From the NCBI GenBank assembly GCA_016788115.1, contig JAEURR010000007.1:152488-216487 (forward strand): a stretch of DNA of 64,000 nt, given 5' to 3'. The notes below the pieces were generated by a model, which saw only the letters and a list, made by a program, of their open reading frames with translations, was not told the DNA's origin and did not search any database. Positions 8,582 through 17,572 of this stretch are shown piece by piece. This DNA is from Chthonomonas sp. (GTDB taxonomy: Bacteria; Armatimonadota; Fimbriimonadia; Fimbriimonadales; Fimbriimonadaceae). The stretch's first letter is position 1. Every line of letters begins with the position of its first letter. Position numbers and translations under genes: made by a program.

Positions 8582-9916
8582 ATGAACACCTCCTCGATCA
8601 CGCTGACCTGCAAGGTCGCGTTCGCGATGGTGCTGAGCGCGGGGCTCATGCTGCTCGCCTTGCCACCGATCGGTGTGGCCGCCGCGGGTTTCCTGATTGC
8701 CGTGCCACTGATCCGGCTGCCGACGGCCGTTTCTAACGTTCTACTGCTCGCGATCGGCCCGCTGACGGGCTTGCTCGCGGCGCAAGTCGCTTCCTTCCCC
8801 CTCCTGCCCACTGCGAATGACGCCACCCCGGGCTGGACCGTCCTGGGCCTGACTGCGTTTGGCGCGCTGATCGGCCTCTTCTCGGCGCTTGCTCGGTCCA
8901 CCGAAGGGAGGCAACCGCTCGGGATCATCGGTTGCCTGATTCTGGTCGAATGGGCAACGGCTGCCGCTCTGCCGATGCACCTAGGGCTGACCCAGTACCG
9001 GAGCGGGGTGATGCTACTCCTCGCCTCGTTCGGCGGAATATGGCTGGTGAGCGCGCTCGTTTGGTGGGGCAACCTGGCCCTGGCGCAAGAGGTTCGGCGA
9101 TGGCCGCTCTGGCTCGGCGCGGCGCCTCTCCTCTTCCTTCCGCCGTTGCCGGATTCAGGCTCGTTGCCCGTCGCGGTCTTGCAAACCAACTCCCTCGACT
9201 CGACCGAACTGGCGTCTCTCCACCGCAAGGCTTCTGCGGAGAGCGACCTCGTGGTCTGGCCGGAGCTGAGCGCGACCGACTGGGTCGCAGAGGACGGGCG
9301 TGATGTACCCCGCTTGCTGAGCGTCAATCTCGCGGCTTTCGTGACAACGTTTCCCGACCAAGCGGAGCCACTGCCCCACAACGTCGCGGCGTTCTTCAGC
9401 CAAGGTCGGGAGCTCGCGCATTACGAGAAGCGCAAACCGTTCGCAGGTGAGGTGAACGTTCACGCTGCGGGCAATCGGGTAGTCGTCGCACCCTGGCGCG
9501 AGACGCAGATCGGGCTGAACATCTGCTTCGACAGTTGCTACCCATGGATCATGCGGGACACCGCCCGGGCGGGCGCAGCCGTCATCGTGCTCCCCTCGCT
9601 CGACCCGATTACGCCGAACGGTTGGATTGCTGGGATCCACGAAGCGTACGGTCGATTTCGGGCGGCAGAACTGGGGGTAAGTATTTTGCGAGCAGAGGCC
9701 AACCATGCCAGTTCCATCGTGACCCGGATGGGCGCGGTGCAAGCGATCGCCGGTGCTGAGAGTCCTGCGGTGGTGCGCGGTCGGGTCGCCACTCACCCGC
9801 GATTCACCGTGTACAAAGCCCTAGGCGATTGGATGCTTTGGTTGAGCGTGGGCGTAGTGCTTTGGAGCGTCTTCGGAAACAGGCTTCGGCCGCCGATCCG
9901 GGTCCGGCACCGCTGA
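8582..9916 (+). CDS. lnt: Apolipoprotein N-acyltransferase-like protein (polytopic N-terminus plus CN-hydrolase domain)
   Basis: Multiple N-terminal TM helices, then a nitrilase-superfamily E-K-C pattern (VVWPELSA, YEKRKPFAGE, NICFDSCYP). ATG 8582 was chosen; the track start at 8552 is TTG. Confidence 0.72.
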   Translation: MNTSSITLTCKVAFAMVLSAGLMLLALPPIGVAAAGFLIAVPLIRLPTAVSNVLLLAIGPLTGLLAAQVASFPLLPTANDATPGWTVLGLTAFGALIGLFSALARSTEGRQPLGIIGCLILVEWATAAALPMHLGLTQYRSGVMLLLASFGGIWLVSALVWWGNLALAQEVRRWPLWLGAAPLLFLPPLPDSGSLPVAVLQTNSLDSTELASLHRKASAESDLVVWPELSATDWVAEDGRDVPRLLSVNLAAFVTTFPDQAEPLPHNVAAFFSQGRELAHYEKRKPFAGEVNVHAAGNRVVVAPWRETQIGLNICFDSCYPWIMRDTARAGAAVIVLPSLDPITPNGWIAGIHEAYGRFRAAELGVSILRAEANHASSIVTRMGAVQAIAGAESPAVVRGRVATHPRFTVYKALGDWMLWLSVGVVLWSVFGNRLRPPIRVRHR

Positions 9917-10104
9917 CTCCTCCCCAACAGTTCCAAGATGATGCCGACTCCCGACACCATTCCGCTGCCGAGCGGGTTACCGCTCGTGGTAGGCGATTCG
10001 CACCCCGAGGCAAGCGAGCAGCCGGGGGCTTCGCCTGCACGATATGAGCTTATGGCGCGATGGCACGTGCCACTTGCGGTGCTTCATCGTCTATGCTAGG
10101 AAAA

Positions 10105-10515
10105 ATGTCGATCGGGTTTGTGAACAAGCTCTTCTACGGCGATAACTTGGACGTGCTGCGCGAGCAAGTACCCGACGAGTCGATAGACCTCGTCTATCTC
10201 GATCCGCCGTTCAACTCCAAAGCCGACTACAACGTCCTCTTCAAGACCAGCACGGGCCAAGACAGCGCCGCCCAGGCCGGAGCCTTCAAAGACACGTGGG
10301 AATGGGACGAAGCCGCCGCTGGGGCCTATCACGAGTTGATGACCAGCAATCAAGTGCCGACCAACCTGCGCAACCTCATGCAGTCCCTCAAGGTCTTCCT
10401 CGCCGGCGACACCGGCAAGAAGGGCAACAGCATGATGGCCTATCTGTGCATGATGGCCCTGCCTCGTCGAGACTCTGCCCAGCTATTCCGGCATGCTTTT
10501 TTGGGCTACCGGTAA
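10105..10515 (+). pseudogene. N-terminal remnant of a beta-class N6A/N4C DNA methyltransferase (truncated)
   Basis: Reads MSIGFVNKLFYGDNLDVLREQVPDESIDLVYLDPPFNSKADYN ... GNSMMAYLCMMA, which is the family N-terminus plus catalytic motif IV (DPPF). After CMMA the frame leaves the family pattern and stops at 10513-10515. No AdoMet motif I follows. Confidence 0.7.
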
Positions 10516-11086
10516 ACTGATATCAGTGCCACACCCGCTTGAGATCACGTACGGCTTAACCGCAGCTGAGCTGCTGGACGCCATTGATCGGCGATTCCGC
10601 TTGAAGGTCGCGCTAGAGGGAGCAGTTGCTGAAGTCCACTTCGAACGGAAACTAAAGATCGCGAGCAAAGAGGGCTGGTTGGCCTCCTACGAGGCGCACG
10701 ATGTTGATGGCATGCACGACTTCACTTTAGTCACGCTGGCTGGCCAGCCGATCAGAGTCGAGGTCAAGACGATTCGGAAGGAGCGGGCTGGGAACGTAAA
10801 AGTCCTCGAGGTCGAGCTTCAGAAGACAAGGGCGGCTAAAGGCGACGCGTCAAGTAGATATTACGACCGAACCCACTTTGACTTGGTCGCCGTATGTATG
10901 GGAAGGACTACAGGAGATTGGAGTGAATTCGCCTACGCTCTAATCTCGGAGCTACCGCGGCACAAGGACCACGTGACGAAGCTACAGGTGATGCACAAGC
11001 TGATCTTCGAAGAGGGCCACATTGTCAGGTGGTTCCGAAAACTGCAAGACGCAATTGACGCCTATGAAAACCTCACTAATCTATAG
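10493..11086 (+). CDS. Candidate type II restriction endonuclease (PD-(D/E)XK fold)
   Basis: Carries EVHFERKL ... [21 protein letters not shown], an E ... D-X13-E-X-K arrangement. It overlaps the downstream methyltransferase ORF by 23 nt and lies in AT-richer DNA. The start is uncertain (ATG 10493 or GTG 10526). Confidence 0.55.
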   Translation: MLFWATGKLISVPHPLEITYGLTAAELLDAIDRRFRLKVALEGAVAEVHFERKLKIASKEGWLASYEAHDVDGMHDFTLVTLAGQPIRVEVKTIRKERAGNVKVLEVELQKTRAAKGDASSRYYDRTHFDLVAVCMGRTTGDWSEFAYALISELPRHKDHVTKLQVMHKLIFEEGHIVRWFRKLQDAIDAYENLTNL

Positions 11087-11984
11087 CACCGCATGGGGCG
11101 AGCTTCACTGTATTGACAGCTTGGAGTACATGCGCTCCATGCCCGACAATAGCGTCGATCTGGTTATGACCTCGCCACCCTACGCGCTTCACTTCAAGAA
11201 GGAATATGGCAACGCAGACCAAGCGAGATATGTCCAGTGGATGTTGCCGTTTGCCTTCGAAATCCAACGCATCCTCAAGCCCTCGGGAAGTTTCGTTCTT
11301 AACATTGGAGGCGCATGGACTCCGGGACATCCGGTCAGGTCGCTATATCAGTTCCGACTCTTGTTGGCGCTATGTGACGAGATAGGATTTCATTTGGCGC
11401 AGGAGTTCTTTTGGTATAACCCCGCGAAGATGCCCGCGCCTGCCGAGTGGGTGAACGTTCAACGCATCCGATGCAAAGACTCAGTGGAATACATCTTCTG
11501 GCTGTCAAAGACCGAGCGGCCGAAGGCAAACAATGCTAAGGTGCTCCAGGAATATAGCCGCGACATGAAGCGGTTGATGGAGAAGGGACTCAAGGCGACG
11601 GTACGCCCGTCCGGGCACGCGATCAAGGATACGTTTACTTCCAACCACGGCGGATCCATCCCGGGAAATCTTATACAGTGCGGAAACAATGAGAGCAACT
11701 CTCGCTACATCAAGAACTCTAAGGCTACGAAGAAGAAAATTCACCCGGCTCGTTATCCGGCGGAGCTGCCAAGATTCTTCATTGAGTTTCTAACGGAAGC
11801 CGGTGATCTTGTCCTCGACCCCTTCGCAGGAAGCAATACTACCGGAGCAGTGGCCGAAGCGCTTCATCGCAGGTGGCTTGGTCTGGAACTAAGCGAGGAA
11901 TACGCGAGAGACTCAGAGTTGCGCTTCAAGCCTGTTGAAATCCTTAGCGAAAACGGTCAGGTTATGCAAGGAGCCCTGCTCTAA
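11064..11984 (+). CDS. DNA methyltransferase, beta-class (N4-cytosine or N6-adenine; SPPY motif)
   Basis: Carries [11 protein letters not shown] (motif IV), [10 protein letters not shown] and [32 protein letters not shown] (motif I). The motif order IV-then-I marks the beta class. ATG 11064 was chosen. Confidence 0.85.
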   Translation: MKTSLIYSTAWGELHCIDSLEYMRSMPDNSVDLVMTSPPYALHFKKEYGNADQARYVQWMLPFAFEIQRILKPSGSFVLNIGGAWTPGHPVRSLYQFRLLLALCDEIGFHLAQEFFWYNPAKMPAPAEWVNVQRIRCKDSVEYIFWLSKTERPKANNAKVLQEYSRDMKRLMEKGLKATVRPSGHAIKDTFTSNHGGSIPGNLIQCGNNESNSRYIKNSKATKKKIHPARYPAELPRFFIEFLTEAGDLVLDPFAGSNTTGAVAEALHRRWLGLELSEEYARDSELRFKPVEILSENGQVMQGALL

Positions 11985-12047
11985 CTTTCTTTGCTTTATT
12001 CACGAGTCCAGAAACGGTCCATCCGCTTGTGCTCTGTGAGAAGATAG

Positions 12048-12463
12048 GAGTACAAGAAAGGTGCGGACCGCGGTATCTATGGCATCATCAACTTCGTGGC
12101 CCGGGCGAATACAAGCGAGCACTGGTCAGCGTGAAGGGCGGCAAGAACGTCGGACGGGAGATGCTGGCTACGCTGAAAGGCGACATGCAAAGGGAGCAGG
12201 CAGTCTCTGGCATCTTGATTTCGCTCGAAGCCCCGACGAGTGCCATGAAGAAGGAGGTCGCCGACGCCGGAAGGTGGAACAGCACCCTCCACCCCGACCG
12301 CAGCTTCCCGGTGCTCCAAGTGATCACCGCGCAAGATCTGCTTGACGGCAAACTGATGGAACTGCCCACTTGGGGCCTTGACACCGGCGGGCGGGCGAAG
12401 AAGGTCGCTGCCAAGGCCGCGCAGTCTGCGATGACGTTCGACGATCCTCCGCCCGCTGAGTGA
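12048..12463 (+). pseudogene. C-terminal remnant (Mrr-cat-like nuclease-fold tail) of the disrupted methyltransferase, frameshifted
   Basis: Frame 0 (12048-12134) reads EYKKGADRGIYGIINFVARANTSEHWSA*. Frame 2 continues GEYKRALVSVKGGKNVGREMLATLKGDMQREQAVSGILISLEAPTSAMKKEVADAG ... VLQVITAQDLLDG. Together these match the KKGADxGIDG ... VQVK ... REKA ... ITLE tail recalled for this methyltransferase family. Confidence 0.62.
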
Positions 12464-12527
12464 CAGCAGAGTTCGAACTCAGCGAGGCATCCGCTCCGCC
12501 CCTCTGTCTAACCAGTGCCTGCGCCGA

Positions 12528-13745
12528 TCACCGGTCGATTTCGCCAAGGACGATGTCGATCGAACCGATGATGGCGATGACGTCCGCCAACAACCGTCCG
12601 ACCGCGAGGACCTCGAGCGACTTCAAGTTCATGAACGACGACGGCCGCTCGTGCCAGCGGTAGGGTCGGTTCGAGCCGTCGCTGACGATGTAGAAACCGA
12701 GTTCGCCCTTGGACCCCTCAATGCCTACGTAGGCCTCTCCCGGCGGCACGTGGTAGCCCTCGGTGTACAGTTTGAAGTGGTGGATGAGCGACTCCATCGA
12801 GTTGTCCAGCTCATGCCGGGGCGGCGGCGCGATCTTGCGGTCGAGCGTGTTGTACGGCCCTTCTGGCAGCCGATCCATCGCCTGGCGCAAGATACGGCAG
12901 CTCTCCTTCATCTCGGCAATGCGAACAAGGAACCGGTCGTACACGTCGCCCGTCTGACCGGTGGGTACTTGGAACTCGAAATCTTCGTAGCTGCAGTATG
13001 GGTTGCTCTTACGCAGATCCCAGTTCACGCCGCTGGCGCGCGCGATCGGGCCGCTACAACCCAGCTCTAGCGATTGCTGCGCGGAAAGGATCCCTACCCC
13101 CTGCGTGCGCTCCATCCAGATCGGATTCTCGACGAGCATGGTCTCGACCACCGCGAGTTCTTTGGGGAATTCTATGAGGAATGCGTTGAGTTTCTTCTCG
13201 AACCCTTCGGGCATGTCGCCGCGGAGTCCACCAGGGACGATCCAGCTGGGCATCATTCGCACGCCGCTAAAGAGCTCGAACATGTCGAGCACCATCTCGC
13301 GCTGCTGCATGATATAGAAGAACGGCGTCATCGCCCCCAGGTCGAGGGCGTGCGTGCCGAGCCACACGCAGTGGCTGGCGATGCGGCTCAGCTCGGCGAG
13401 GATGACACGCAGATACTGTCCGCGCTTGGGGATCTCGCAGCCCAGCAATTTCTCGACCGCTAGGGCATGCGCCAAGTTGTTACCGTTAGCGTTGAGGTAG
13501 TCCATGCGGTCAGTCATGACCGTGCACTTGTGGTACTGCTGGTACTCGGCTTCCTTCTCCATACCCGTGTGGAGGTAGCCGATGACGCACCGACACTGGA
13601 CGATGGTCTCACCTTCAAGCTCGCAGATGACGCGAAGAACGCCGTGGGTGGACGGGTGCTGAGGCCCCATGTTCACGATCATCGTGTTCTCGCCGGTCCG
13701 TTCAAAGACCGTCTCAGTTGTGGGCATGAAGGTGTTGACTTCCAT
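12528..13745 (-). CDS. nuoD: NADH-quinone oxidoreductase subunit D (49 kDa)
   Basis: Carries NMGPQHPSTHGVLR, GYLHTGMEK and the C-terminal IDIVLGEIDR, a full-length NuoD signature. Confidence 0.93.
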   Translation of the reverse strand: MEVNTFMPTTETVFERTGENTMIVNMGPQHPSTHGVLRVICELEGETIVQCRCVIGYLHTGMEKEAEYQQYHKCTVMTDRMDYLNANGNNLAHALAVEKLLGCEIPKRGQYLRVILAELSRIASHCVWLGTHALDLGAMTPFFYIMQQREMVLDMFELFSGVRMMPSWIVPGGLRGDMPEGFEKKLNAFLIEFPKELAVVETMLVENPIWMERTQGVGILSAQQSLELGCSGPIARASGVNWDLRKSNPYCSYEDFEFQVPTGQTGDVYDRFLVRIAEMKESCRILRQAMDRLPEGPYNTLDRKIAPPPRHELDNSMESLIHHFKLYTEGYHVPPGEAYVGIEGSKGELGFYIVSDGSNRPYRWHERPSSFMNLKSLEVLAVGRLLADVIAIIGSIDIVLGEIDR

Positions 13746-13790
13746 AGCGGGTTCGCCGGAGTTTACCGAACTCCGGCAAACACCAGAAGC

Positions 13791-14759
13791 CTAGCGGGAG
13801 CGCTTTCTACGCCGAAGGATCAGCAATGCACCCAGCGCCACCGGTAACAGACTGGCAGGTTCGGGAGCCAAGACGATGGCGACCTTACCAGCTCCACCGC
13901 TGACGCCCGAGAAGGCGTAGCTAGAGCCGTAATAGGCGAGCCCGTCTAGAGAGCCGACGCGGACGGTGTTGGCTCCGCTAGAGTCGGTGCCGATAAAGTA
14001 GGCACCGTCATGGGCCCTAACGGCCGACCGGTAGTCCGAAAAGCCAAATGTCGTGAACGCGAAGCTCGTAAATCCGGAAGGGTTATCGCTTGACAAGTTC
14101 ATGAACTGACCACTCGCCGCAGAGGGTCCAGGTCCGAGAACCGCGAAGCCTGTTGGGCTTGGTCCGGAAATGGCGACCTGACTCATGGTTGCGGACCCAC
14201 TCGCAATGGTTCCGAAACTAGAGAACGCAAACGATCCGCCTGAGGGTAAGAAGCGATCGAGCCGAGAACCCAGGGAGTCGGTCGCAAACAAACTTCCGCT
14301 TGGAGAGATCGAAACCGTACGATAGTTTGCCCCAGCTCGGGAACCCACGCTTGAAAGTGAGTTCGGGGTGAGGGCACTCGTAGTCCATACTTGACTACTA
14401 CCATTGACCACGTAGAGCTTGGATTCGTCGTTCGAGATTGCCAAGTCAAGAACCCCACCGATCCCGAGGTTATAGATAGCCTTGCGTTCGCCCGTGCTGT
14501 AGTTGTAGACACGGAGATCACCGTTGATGCCCAACACATAGAGCTCGCCGCGCTGACGGCTGGCAGCCATTCCAGCCGGCTTTGTAGGCACCAGGAAGCT
14601 CCCCAAGTACGCACCGGTGACTGGGTCCAACCGGTGTATGCGGTTGCTAAAACTGCTAGGTTCCGCGTTCGCCGATGATACAAGCATCAAATCAAACGAG
14701 GCGTGCGCAGTTACAGGCGCAAGCAGGACTACCGCAACAGTAACAAGCCAGTTTTTCAT
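13791..14759 (-). CDS. Secreted PEP-CTERM protein with beta-propeller-like repeats
   Basis: Signal peptide MKNWLVTVAVVLLAPVTAHA (ATG 14759, GGAGAGGA RBS). Repeated LYV/VxG strand motifs. The C-terminus is APEPASLLPVALGALLILRRRKRSR. Confidence 0.75.
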   Translation of the reverse strand: MKNWLVTVAVVLLAPVTAHASFDLMLVSSANAEPSSFSNRIHRLDPVTGAYLGSFLVPTKPAGMAASRQRGELYVLGINGDLRVYNYSTGERKAIYNLGIGGVLDLAISNDESKLYVVNGSSQVWTTSALTPNSLSSVGSRAGANYRTVSISPSGSLFATDSLGSRLDRFLPSGGSFAFSSFGTIASGSATMSQVAISGPSPTGFAVLGPGPSAASGQFMNLSSDNPSGFTSFAFTTFGFSDYRSAVRAHDGAYFIGTDSSGANTVRVGSLDGLAYYGSSYAFSGVSGGAGKVAIVLAPEPASLLPVALGALLILRRRKRSR

Positions 14760-14812
14760 TTCCTCTCCAAAACGATCCAACGACCGATTAGGAGTAGTAT
14801 AAGCCAAATATT

Positions 14813-14845
14813 GGCCCCCGACCCATGAAATTTTGGTCGAGGGCC
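14813..14845 (-). terminator. Hairpin downstream of the small lipoprotein gene
   Basis: GGCCCCCGACC-N11-GGTCGAGGGCC, an 11-bp stem with one mismatch. It is followed on the minus strand by the AT-rich AATATTTGGCTT. Confidence 0.4.
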
Positions 14846-14859
14846 ACAGTCGTCGCCGT

Positions 14860-15069
14860 TTAGCGGGGACGCTTCGGGTTGGCCATCGGGTCGACGGCGT
14901 TGCCGCTGGTCAGACCTTGCTGTTTGTCGGTGGCGTCGTTAGGCCCACCGGCGGATGCTTGATCCTTTTGCGGCGTCGCAGCCGATGGGTCGTCCACCGC
15001 GGACGTGTCGGAGTTCGAGCACCCCCAAACGCATGCGGAAATGAACAGGAGAGCGAGTAGTCGTTTCAT
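14860..15069 (-). CDS. Small putative lipoprotein (69 aa) with a low-complexity tail
   Basis: Reads MKRLLALLFISACVWGCSNSDTSAVDDPSAATPQKDQASAGG..., with two candidate lipobox cysteines (ISAC, VWGC). ATG 15069 lies 3 nt after the pseudopilin stop, with GGGAG upstream. Confidence 0.6.
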   Translation of the reverse strand: MKRLLALLFISACVWGCSNSDTSAVDDPSAATPQKDQASAGGPNDATDKQQGLTSGNAVDPMANPKRPR

Positions 15070-15072
15070 GAT

Positions 15073-15984
15073 TTAGAACTCCCGATCAGGCTGGAATGTG
15101 CACTCATAGCTCAGGGCACCGCAGTAGTACGGCCGGGTACCGATGCCCGCAGCACTGTACAAGCGGAACGGATCGAACTTAAATGAGTTCTGAGGCGCGG
15201 TGACTCCGGCTGCCCCGCCTACTGGCTTTGTTCGAGCCGAGGTATCGGCTGCAATGAAGATTAAGCTCCTGCCGAAGACGTAGTGCGTCCCCCGCCCAGT
15301 GAGGGGGCTGTAAATGTCACTGTTAAACGCGTTGCGCTGACCGGGCTGGACCGGTCCACTCGGGTTGTACCGGCAAGGTCCAACGCCGTCGCAGTTTAGG
15401 AACGGGTTCGAGACCGAGCCACCCAGCAACTGTTGGGTTCCGAATGCCTGCCAAAGCATCGGCAACACAGAGGGAGATGCGACTGCGCTCGCATTGTAGG
15501 CGTGCAGGAATCCGTTCATTTGCAAGTTGGACTTTGCATTGGCCTTCTTGCGGGTGTTGTAGACCGTGGCCACCCAGGCGTTCACCTCAAACATGCCCTG
15601 GACCTCGGCCAATTGCAGGTTCTTGATGTAGGGCTGGGTCGAATTGATCCAGAACGCACCGTCCTCTCGGACATCGAAGTCGAGCGCTGGGATGTCTTCG
15701 GCGGGGTACAGCGCAGGATAGGGACCGCCAGCCGACGATTGGTAATACCGCTCTCCGCCGGTAAATGCGTCGGGCACCAGAGCCAGCGGGTAGTTGTCCT
15801 CGCTGTCAGCGAGGTACAGCTGAATTCCCGTGCCGAGTTGCTTCGATTGCGCGATTGCCGCGGTCTTCTTGGCGGCCGCCTTCGCTTGGGCAAAAACGGG
15901 GAACAAGATCGCAGCGAGAATTGCGATGATCGCAATGACGACCAAAAGTTCGATGAGCGTGAATGCTCGTCTATTTCGTAACAT
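15073..15984 (-). CDS. Prepilin-type N-terminal cleavage/methylation domain protein (DUF1559-like paralog 4)
   Basis: Carries [47 protein letters not shown] and IAADTSARTKP. ATG 15984 with an AGGAGA RBS. Confidence 0.85.
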   Translation of the reverse strand: MLRNRRAFTLIELLVVIAIIAILAAILFPVFAQAKAAAKKTAAIAQSKQLGTGIQLYLADSEDNYPLALVPDAFTGGERYYQSSAGGPYPALYPAEDIPALDFDVREDGAFWINSTQPYIKNLQLAEVQGMFEVNAWVATVYNTRKKANAKSNLQMNGFLHAYNASAVASPSVLPMLWQAFGTQQLLGGSVSNPFLNCDGVGPCRYNPSGPVQPGQRNAFNSDIYSPLTGRGTHYVFGRSLIFIAADTSARTKPVGGAAGVTAPQNSFKFDPFRLYSAAGIGTRPYYCGALSYECTFQPDREF

Positions 15985-16361
15985 GATTTCTCCTATAGGA
16001 CTAGAACCGATCAAACAAGGAGCAACCACTGCGCGATGATAACAGCTTATGAGACAAGTGTATGAATGCAGTGGGTCTCTTCACTGAGCCACGTGTTCTA
16101 GACCACTATTTGGTTTCCCATTCCGAAACGTCAGAGCTCACGTCATTCCATGAGTTCAAGTCGATTGTTCACTGACAATCTTTGTATCGCCCTTCACGGG
16201 CTGTGGAACATATTACGCACACATTGTGCGACGTAGTCGCTTTACCACTTGCATCTCTGTGAGAACTTAGCGGTCTAGGACAGAATGGTGAGCAGCGTAA
16301 CATCCTAGGGATCAAGTTGTGAATAGATCTTCCACGATCGATCGCTCTTTCTGACTAGAAC

Positions 16362-17279
16362 TTACTGGTTGGGCCACAGCCAGCTAAGCCCTACTTCGCC
16401 ACCACCCAAGTCCAGCCGCTGAGGGATCATCTGCCTCCAGGGCCGCGAAACCGCGGACGTATCGACTGCAACCGCCGTCGTCATACCGTCCGGATAGATC
16501 AAGCCGCCTGCGCAGTTCGGCGCACCAGCCGCGGTCTTGGGGTCGTCGCCGCCATCGCAAGTGTGAACCCGCTTCCGCGCGTGGGGACCCTTGTATACCG
16601 TTCCGGTGAAGACGTTGCGATTGGCGGTGAGCCAGATCCCCGCCGTCCAATAGCGGTTCAGGGGAGTGTCGATGTCTTCGGTACCCCACCCGAAGTCCCA
16701 CACGCCAGCCTCGGCCACTAGGATCGTCTCTGAGGGACGCGCGATGGCGGTCGTGCTGAGCGAAGGAGCAAAGCGATAGGCCATCCATCCCGAGCCCGGA
16801 CTGATCCCGACGCCACCGATTCCGTCGAACTTCCGCCACTCGTTGGCGGTTAGAACGGATGATCTAAAACGGTAGTATCCCTGCGCTTGGACGGTTGGAC
16901 CGACGGCCGCTGCGCGTAACGGCATCCCCCAGTGCGATCGCGCCTGGTAGAACCATCCGGACGTGGGCGTGTTCTCCGGGAAACTGCGGACTTTGGGGTG
17001 TTTGTAGAAGTCCCAGTTCTTTGCATAGGGTTGGGTCAGACCCTGCCAAGTCTCGAAGCGATCATCGGTAACCCGTACCGCGAGTGGCAACGCGTCATCG
17101 GAGTCGGTCGAATACAAGGTCACCGCCAAACCCATCTGCTTTACATTGTTGAGTGCTTGCGTATCCTTAGCGGCTTCTTTCGCCTGAGCAAATACAGGGA
17201 ACAGTAATGCAGCAAGGATCGCAATGATTGCGGTGACCACGAGAAGTTCGATCAGGGTGAAGGCGCGTAGTAGTTTCAA
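16362..17279 (-). CDS. Prepilin-type N-terminal cleavage/methylation domain protein (DUF1559-like paralog 5)
   Basis: TTG start at 17279, preceded by AAGGAG. Carries (M)[45 protein letters not shown] and [11 protein letters not shown]. Confidence 0.85.
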   Translation of the reverse strand: MKLLRAFTLIELLVVTAIIAILAALLFPVFAQAKEAAKDTQALNNVKQMGLAVTLYSTDSDDALPLAVRVTDDRFETWQGLTQPYAKNWDFYKHPKVRSFPENTPTSGWFYQARSHWGMPLRAAAVGPTVQAQGYYRFRSSVLTANEWRKFDGIGGVGISPGSGWMAYRFAPSLSTTAIARPSETILVAEAGVWDFGWGTEDIDTPLNRYWTAGIWLTANRNVFTGTVYKGPHARKRVHTCDGGDDPKTAAGAPNCAGGLIYPDGMTTAVAVDTSAVSRPWRQMIPQRLDLGGGEVGLSWLWPNQ

Positions 17280-17521
17280 GTACGACTCCTTACGGCCTAA
17301 CTATTGCCGCAACCCATGCGAGCAACGCGTTTCGTCGATTCTTTGCGCTCTAGCGGCGCATCTTCACTGACCGGATCATTCTGCACCGCGCTGAGGTGGC
17401 CACGGTACACGACAAGGAACGTCTCAACCTTTGCACTGTGTTCCCTAGCGATTTGAACGATCTTTGCCCTTTGCATTTCTAGGATCCTTTGCACATCTCG
17501 TCAGAAGTCTAATACACAAGA

Positions 17522-17552
17522 ACGGGCCCGGCACCAAAGGTGCCGAGCCCGT
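17522..17552 (-). terminator. Hairpin downstream of the small lipoprotein gene
   Basis: ACGGGC(C)CGGCACC-AAA-GGTGCCG(A)GCCCGT. On the minus strand it is followed by TTCTTGTGTATT. Confidence 0.45.
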
Positions 17553-17572
17553 ATCTTGCTTACAGAGTGGCC

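Noticed and set aside
10455-10461. The 7-bp GCCCTGC is present near the left junction (10455-10461) and again at 11973-11979. It was considered as a target-site duplication of the R-M cassette.
   Set aside because: It is too short and GC-rich to be significant. The right copy lies inside the 3' end of the methyltransferase ORF rather than at the junction.
10454-10540. Possible continuation of the disrupted methyltransferase in frame 2 (CLVE ... [11 protein letters not shown], compared with the family's RLVELHRVLKPTGSLYLHCDP), which would make the first roughly 15 codons of the nuclease ORF remnant sequence.
   Set aside because: The similarity is only a few residues and the spacing is wrong. 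It is kept only as a caveat on the junction position and on the nuclease start codon.
12469-12480. GAGTTCGAACTC, reminiscent of a tRNA T-arm (GTTCGAA), next to the R-M islet. It was considered as a tRNA fragment or att site.
   Set aside because: It is just a 12-bp palindrome. No acceptor or anticodon arms can be folded around it.
17297-17494. 65-aa ORF (MQRILEMQRAKIVQIAREHSAKVETFLVVYRGH...) between the lipoprotein terminator and pseudopilin paralog 5.
   Set aside because: No recognisable motif or clear RBS, and mixed codon usage. It could be a real small protein, but the sequence alone does not support a call.
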